A stretch of DNA of 64,000 nucleotides from NCBI GenBank assembly GCA_963706595.1, contig OY970166.1, forward strand, positions 3,424,001 to 3,488,000, given 5' to 3'. The stretch's first letter is position 1; every line of letters starts with the position of its first letter. The translations under genes and the position numbers were made by a program. The notes beneath the pieces are model-generated. The model did no database searches. It had not been told where the DNA came from and saw only the letters and a list, made by a program, of their open reading frames with translations. The stretch comes from an uncultured cyanobacterium. Lineage in GTDB: Bacteria > Cyanobacteriota > Cyanobacteriia > Cyanobacteriales > Nostocaceae. Shown piece by piece: positions 58,892 through 64,000 of the stretch.

Positions 58892-59851
58892 CTAATCAGA
58901 CCTTTTCATTTTGTTAATTTCTTGTTGCAATTCTTCAATTTGTTTTCGCAAAGTTTCTACTTCCTGTGGGGAGGTGTCGGCGGCAACATTTACCGCACCC
59001 GATTTCGTTCGCTGGTAGTTTCCTTGGCGAATTTGCTGGTATTCTTCTGATACTGACCATTCCTGTAAATACCGCAAGCGTTCCACAGGGAAAGGATGGC
59101 TCAACATCGTACCTTGAGCGCCATTGTAAATCAAGAATTTATAGACCTGATTCAGTCCATCGTCATCGAGTGCATGATAATTTTCGGACTGCTTCATAAA
59201 CTCCGGCAAACTGCACTCATGAGCATATTTGATACTGCCACCAGAAACTTTCATCATGGATGACATGACAGTATTTAAGTCATCTATGACTAAGAAAGCC
59301 GCCCGATCTGCGGTTAACTCGGCTTTGCGTCGCCATTCAAAAAAGGCATAAATCAACGCTTGAGAGACGAAATTGCCAATTCCAAAGGTTAAATCTCCCA
59401 AGGCGGAAGCAGCACTCATCGCCCACATCGCCATTTGAATTAAAATAGTATGACCACACTTAATATGCCCCAGTTCATGGGCTAACACTGCCCGAATCTC
59501 GGCTTCGTCGAGTAAGTCTAGTATCCCTGTATTTATGACTATGTAAGGATTCTCTTGCCCCAGGGCATAACTATTGGCTTGGGGGTTCTGCACGACAAAC
59601 AAAGCAGGTTCTGGGTAAATGTCCAAATCTCGCACGCATTCGCGGAACATCTGGTAAATAGTGGAATATTGCCTCGGCCCTACTTGGATGGCGTTGCCCA
59701 TTAGATAGACTAACTGAGGGCGTTCGTAGACAAATTCCACAAATTTACGAGCTATTAAATCAAATCCCGGTAAATTTCGTAAAGCTTCTTCGGCTTGGCG
59801 ATCCAGTGGATGCCTGAAGGCTTCGCTGGAGATTCCTTTGTATGTTGGCAT
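58892..59851 (-). CDS. M48 family metallopeptidase
   Basis: VLAHELGH, AELTADR, SHPFPVER. Confidence 0.92.
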   Translation of the reverse strand: MPTYKGISSEAFRHPLDRQAEEALRNLPGFDLIARKFVEFVYERPQLVYLMGNAIQVGPRQYSTIYQMFRECVRDLDIYPEPALFVVQNPQANSYALGQENPYIVINTGILDLLDEAEIRAVLAHELGHIKCGHTILIQMAMWAMSAASALGDLTFGIGNFVSQALIYAFFEWRRKAELTADRAAFLVIDDLNTVMSSMMKVSGGSIKYAHECSLPEFMKQSENYHALDDDGLNQVYKFLIYNGAQGTMLSHPFPVERLRYLQEWSVSEEYQQIRQGNYQRTKSGAVNVAADTSPQEVETLRKQIEELQQEINKMKRSD

Positions 59852-59961
59852 AATTTAGGGTAGTAACAACTAATGTCTAGACGTGATGAATCGCGTCTCT
59901 ACAAGATAATGGAAATGGGGCGATTGGAATTAGAAATCACTTTGTATGGGATGAAAAGCTT

Positions 59962-61512
59962 GTGATTGAGGCTGAAGTTCATTTGTCACTACATAACTTC
60001 CTGCGATCGCAGGCGGGGTTTCCTTCCTGGCCCCATCATTTAACGATGGCACGGTTGGTAGCACGCGCCTTGCGTTTAGGACGTAGTGCCTTAATTCAAG
60101 TGGGGGCGGTTTCTGGCTATCAAGGTCGTTATCGCACGAGTTTTGTGGCATCGGCTTTGATGTGGCATGGACCTGTAATTATTGTCGCCTCAGCAGCAGT
60201 ACAGCAACGTCTCCTGCAAGTGGAAATTCCCCGTCTCCAACCGTGGCTACAAGCGAATAAACCCATTAGGACAGGTGCAGTTTGGCCGGGAAATGATTTT
60301 CAAGGATTACTCCTCACTTCCCCGGAAGCTTGGTTAAAAGGGCAGTTCACATCTGCTGATAGTTTTCCTCCCGGCATTCCCACAATTATTGATGGGGTAG
60401 ATGATCTAGAAGATTGGGTACGTGATCAGCTTACCCAAGATATTCAACCCCATGATTGGGATCAACTCATGTTAGCTTGTCCCGACCAAGCCGAAATAAT
60501 TCGCACTACACGGGCGCAGCTAACACATAAATTGTTTCAGCATCCACCTAATCCATATCAGTGCTATCTGATTTCCCAGGCAGAAGTAGAGATTCTCAGT
60601 GATTTATATTCACAACTGGAGTCGGTGGAAACATTACCACACCCCTGGAAAGATTTCTGGCAGCAATTCTCTACCAGTAACGAAAATCTCCCGCCATCTA
60701 ATCTCTTCTGGGCAACGATCGCCCGTCGTCAAGGGTTATTTTCTTTACATTACACCCCGATTGAATTAGGCGAAAGTCTCAAGGCTATTTGGCAGAGGCA
60801 ACCAGTGGTATTAATTGGTAGTGCTTTAGAACCTGAAACTGAAGCCCCTCTATTTCGTCAGCGTTTGGGTTTAGATGACGTAACTTGTTTGAAGTTTTCC
60901 AATGATCATCAAGGGACAGCAATTCAATTGTATGTCCCCCATAAGTTACCTTTACCCAATACTCCAGAGTTTCAAGCCGCATTTATTCACAAGGTTCGGA
61001 CACTGCTTTGTCTGAGTGCCGCAGCCCCAGGTTTAACGGTGGTATTAGTGGGAGATGTGCCACTGAAGGCTCAAGTAGGTGCTATTTTGGCTTCAGAGTT
61101 CGGTTCACGGGTACAGGTGGAAAAAACTTGTTTGGATGAGAATGGGATTTTGATCAGTGGCTGGGAATTTTGGCGATCGCATCAATCGGTTTTACCAGCC
61201 CCCCATCTATTAATTATTGCCACTTTGCCGTTACCATCTTTAGAAAATCCCCTGGTGGCTGGTAGAGTTGCTCATTACAAGCGATCGCATCAAGATTGGT
61301 TTCGGTTATTTTTGTTACCAACGGCTTTGAATGAATTACAACGAGCGATCGCACCAGTCAGAGAAAGTCAAGGTATTGTGGCTTTACTAGACAGCCGTGT
61401 AGTTAATCGTAGCTATGGCGCACAAGTGCTGGCTGTTCTTAGTCCTCTAGCACGGATTAACTACCTTGATCCCAGCCTCTTTTCCCATCCGAGTGAAGAA
61501 GATCCCGGATAG
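59962..61512 (+). CDS. DinG-like helicase C-terminal domain protein with degenerate ATPase motifs
   Basis: LIIATLPLP, LQRAI, VALLDSRV..RSYG; no GKT/S or DEAH motif. Confidence 0.75.
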   Translation: MIEAEVHLSLHNFLRSQAGFPSWPHHLTMARLVARALRLGRSALIQVGAVSGYQGRYRTSFVASALMWHGPVIIVASAAVQQRLLQVEIPRLQPWLQANKPIRTGAVWPGNDFQGLLLTSPEAWLKGQFTSADSFPPGIPTIIDGVDDLEDWVRDQLTQDIQPHDWDQLMLACPDQAEIIRTTRAQLTHKLFQHPPNPYQCYLISQAEVEILSDLYSQLESVETLPHPWKDFWQQFSTSNENLPPSNLFWATIARRQGLFSLHYTPIELGESLKAIWQRQPVVLIGSALEPETEAPLFRQRLGLDDVTCLKFSNDHQGTAIQLYVPHKLPLPNTPEFQAAFIHKVRTLLCLSAAAPGLTVVLVGDVPLKAQVGAILASEFGSRVQVEKTCLDENGILISGWEFWRSHQSVLPAPHLLIIATLPLPSLENPLVAGRVAHYKRSHQDWFRLFLLPTALNELQRAIAPVRESQGIVALLDSRVVNRSYGAQVLAVLSPLARINYLDPSLFSHPSEEDPG

Positions 61513-61627
61513 TTGAGTATTTACGTTTTGTCAATTCTAGAGCGATCGCCTCCTAGAGCTTGCTATCATCAATTTTGGTGCAAGTTATGTTTAAACCTAA
61601 AACCTCATTAAATTTGAATTCCTAATT

Positions 61628-61840
61628 ATGGGTGAAGCAAAGCGTCGTAAAACTACACTGGGAGATAACTACGGTCAAGATACACGCATCTTACCTTGGG
61701 TTCCCATCACCAAAACCCAATCTCAAAAGTTTATGGAGTTAACTACTCGTAGTACTTGGTTCTGTATTGGTGCGATCGTTGTCGCCTGGATAACTATCCG
61801 TTTTATCGGTCCCGCCTTCGGTTGGTGGGAAGTAGTATAG
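61628..61840 (+). CDS. DUF2839 family small membrane protein
   Basis: MGEAKRRK start, IRFIGPAFGWW end. Confidence 0.85.
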   Translation: MGEAKRRKTTLGDNYGQDTRILPWVPITKTQSQKFMELTTRSTWFCIGAIVVAWITIRFIGPAFGWWEVV

Positions 61841-62549
61841 TGAACATTTCTCAATTTTGAGTTTCTGGGTAGCTGTTGCAGCATCACCTCAAGAAATGAA
61901 CACATACTGGCGAAATGGCAACATACTTATTCAATGTCCAGTTATTCTCAGTGTTAAGCCATAGCTATTGAGCATACTTATTAGCTCATGTTCGTAAAAT
62001 TACCTCAGTAATTCTTAACTATTCCTCCCACACAGCCCAATTAAATTATCCACCCAACTCTATAGTTTTAGGAGGATTACACTCTGTGTACCCAATACTT
62101 TAACCGCCCTAAACTTTTATTAAGAGACGCATAGACTGACAACATCATTAGGGATATAAAAAATACTGAAGTGGTTTTAAAGCCTTTGCCAGAGAAGAGC
62201 TTGGCAGTATATGTCAAAAAAAAATCCGCTCCGTAGCTTTTATGTTGTTTACCAATACCAAATTTGCGTTACGCTTAAGACGGAATACCTTGAGCTTAAG
62301 CATTTAATTAGACAGACATACTCTGAAAAAAGGTTAAATTTATCAAATCTGTCTGATCAATCAAACTGAAAAATTGAATAGTTTGATACGGTAAGCTGAA
62401 TATTTATCTACTACCCTAAGCAAGGTAGTCATCTAACGATTTCGTGAAATTCTGGTAAATGTAATCAATAGTTTACAATACCAGTGGATGAAAAAAGCTA
62501 AAAAAAATATAAAAGAGACTAAAATCACTGTGGTGTCTGGAGGAAAAAC

Positions 62550-62894
62550 GTGTTTCTGAGACTAGCGCATCAACACCGACAATTCGTCCAAGACTTGGTA
62601 ATGAACCTACAAGCCTTGGCAATTGTACTAGAACGACGCGGATATCCTGCGTCCTGTTACACCTGCGGCGACCAGATGAATAGTGCTTCGTTTATGGTTA
62701 GCTTGGGCGACAATCACTTGATTCGATTCTTGGTATCCGATTACGGGATTACTTGGACCGAAATGCGAGACGACCGCGAGTTAATGAAACTAGAGGGTGC
62801 AGAAGCAATTAATCAGTTGCAAGAACTGGCTAATCTTGTCAAACAATTTACACCAGCTAGTTCAGGTAATAAAACCCTGGCCAAAAAGTGCTAG
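62550..62894 (+). CDS. DUF1815 family protein
   Basis: RLAHQHRQFVQDLVMNLQALA, ASCYTC, IRFLVSDYGITWTE. Confidence 0.8.
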   Translation: MFLRLAHQHRQFVQDLVMNLQALAIVLERRGYPASCYTCGDQMNSASFMVSLGDNHLIRFLVSDYGITWTEMRDDRELMKLEGAEAINQLQELANLVKQFTPASSGNKTLAKKC

Positions 62895-63109
62895 GGCTGA
62901 CTGTATCTGATGCAGGTACTTCAAAACAGGTTCCAATAGTCGCTCTCGCATTGGAAACCTATGGCTAGTAATTGGTAATAGGTAATTGTGGCTGAGTTTG
63001 CCATACCACATTACCTATTTAAAATTACTCGGAAATTATTTGCTTATTGCTGGGCTGTCAAGTATTTTAAGTTCGTTAATTAAAACTTTATGAGACAATT
63101 CTTTCAGAT

Positions 63110-64000
63110 TTAAGCTTCTCAGGTCTAAAGACACTGAGATTTCTGAAGAGTCCATAAAAGAACTTTCTTAGGCTGACTCAAACAGCCTCTACCTACTCCA
63201 CTTAAGTTAAACTTAAATATTGTAGCTACTTTGCGGATAATATTTGCAGCACCGTTACAGTCTGCATTTATTTTGATTCCAGTTAAAGTTTTAAACAAAC
63301 CGCGATTTGTTCTGATACCACTACTTTTCCACCTTTCGGGTTTTGCACCAAATGTAGGTAGAACATCATTATCTAAAAACGATGATTTTGAGGTATAGCT
63401 TTCTTCGGTTTCAATAAAATCTATTCCGTATTGTTCACATAACTGTTCAATACGGTTTTTTAGTTTGGCTGTGGGGATTTGAACAAACTTTTGATTGTTC
63501 TTTTTACCCATATCAGCACTGTCTTTCTGATCTGTATTCCAACCAAAAACAATTGAACCAATTTTGTTTTCTAAGCAGTGGTTGATTATAATTCTCGCTG
63601 CTTTATTTACAGCCTCGCGCATCTGTCTATTACGCCTTTCTGTGATTGCCGCAAGTCTGTTAGACCAAAAACCTTGAGGTTTATTCTCTTTGATTTTGGC
63701 GACCGATTTGTTGTACCACTGATTTAAGCTTTTGAGATGTAATCCATCCACAATAAAGGACGTACCTACATTAGAAACACAGGTTAGCCAATTGTTTATT
63801 CCGTGGTCAATCCCTAAAACTTTTGATTTATCAAGTTCGATAGTTTCTGTCTGTTGTTGATCAACAAACTCGGCATAAAAACACCTGTTTCGCGGTAAGA
63901 TTCTCACTTCTCTAATAGATTTAAAATCCAGGTTTGATGGCATTGGGAGATAAAACGCATCAACATCAAACCAGGTTTTCACCAAACTACCTAGCGGAAA
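63110..64000 (-). mobile_element. IS200/IS605-family element, right part (truncated by the window end)
   Basis: tnpB followed by right-end hairpin TCTCAG-TGTCTTTAGAC-CTGAGA and terminal GCTTAA at about 63110. Confidence 0.8.
63125..64000 (-). CDS. tnpB: RNA-guided endonuclease TnpB (N-terminus beyond the window)
   Basis: LGIDHG (RuvC-I), EESYTSK, INADCNGAANI (RuvC-III). Confidence 0.92.
   Translation of the reverse strand, partial: FPLGSLVKTWFDVDAFYLPMPSNLDFKSIREVRILPRNRCFYAEFVDQQQTETIELDKSKVLGIDHGINNWLTCVSNVGTSFIVDGLHLKSLNQWYNKSVAKIKENKPQGFWSNRLAAITERRNRQMREAVNKAARIIINHCLENKIGSIVFGWNTDQKDSADMGKKNNQKFVQIPTAKLKNRIEQLCEQYGIDFIETEESYTSKSSFLDNDVLPTFGAKPERWKSSGIRTNRGLFKTLTGIKINADCNGAANIIRKVATIFKFNLSGVGRGCLSQPKKVLLWTLQKSQCL

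Larger units (their letters stand above)
27..61549. repeat. HIP1 octamer GCGATCGC dispersed through the window
   Basis: Dozens of copies, e.g. 27-34, 3231-3238, 10625-10632; hallmark of many cyanobacteria. Confidence 0.95.

Overview
Chromosomal window from a filamentous cyanobacterium of Nostocales type, judged from dense HIP1 GCGATCGC sites, heptamer STRR arrays, small dispersed repeats and PEP-CTERM proteins. Core genes include nblB, rpaB, radA, rimP-nusA-ylxR-infB, tRNA-Thr(CGT), sasA, crr7, ppk1 and lysS with a KTSC domain. Three loci stand out. (1) Downstream of lysS is a three-gene operon with its own promoter and operators: a RelE/HigB-like toxin, an extended three-domain XRE antitoxin, and a TPR-CHAT caspase-like protease. 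It is a candidate protease-triggered toxin-antitoxin defence system. (2) Two paralogous small secreted proteins share the predicted mature N-terminus GEGGAAG and lie convergent on an 822-aa beta-rich exported protein. This is a candidate surface-fibre and export module. (3) Two protein-less IS200/IS605 derivatives each keep an extended -10 promoter and an omegaRNA/right-end-like segment; one cleanly splits a class II aldolase gene. A TnpB with a rearranged RuvC-II site lies at the window edge. Three genes carry single-base frameshifts and a fourth has indels in a repeat array; these may be assembly errors. No CRISPR array or rRNA was seen. All calls come from reading motifs by eye, with no database searches.
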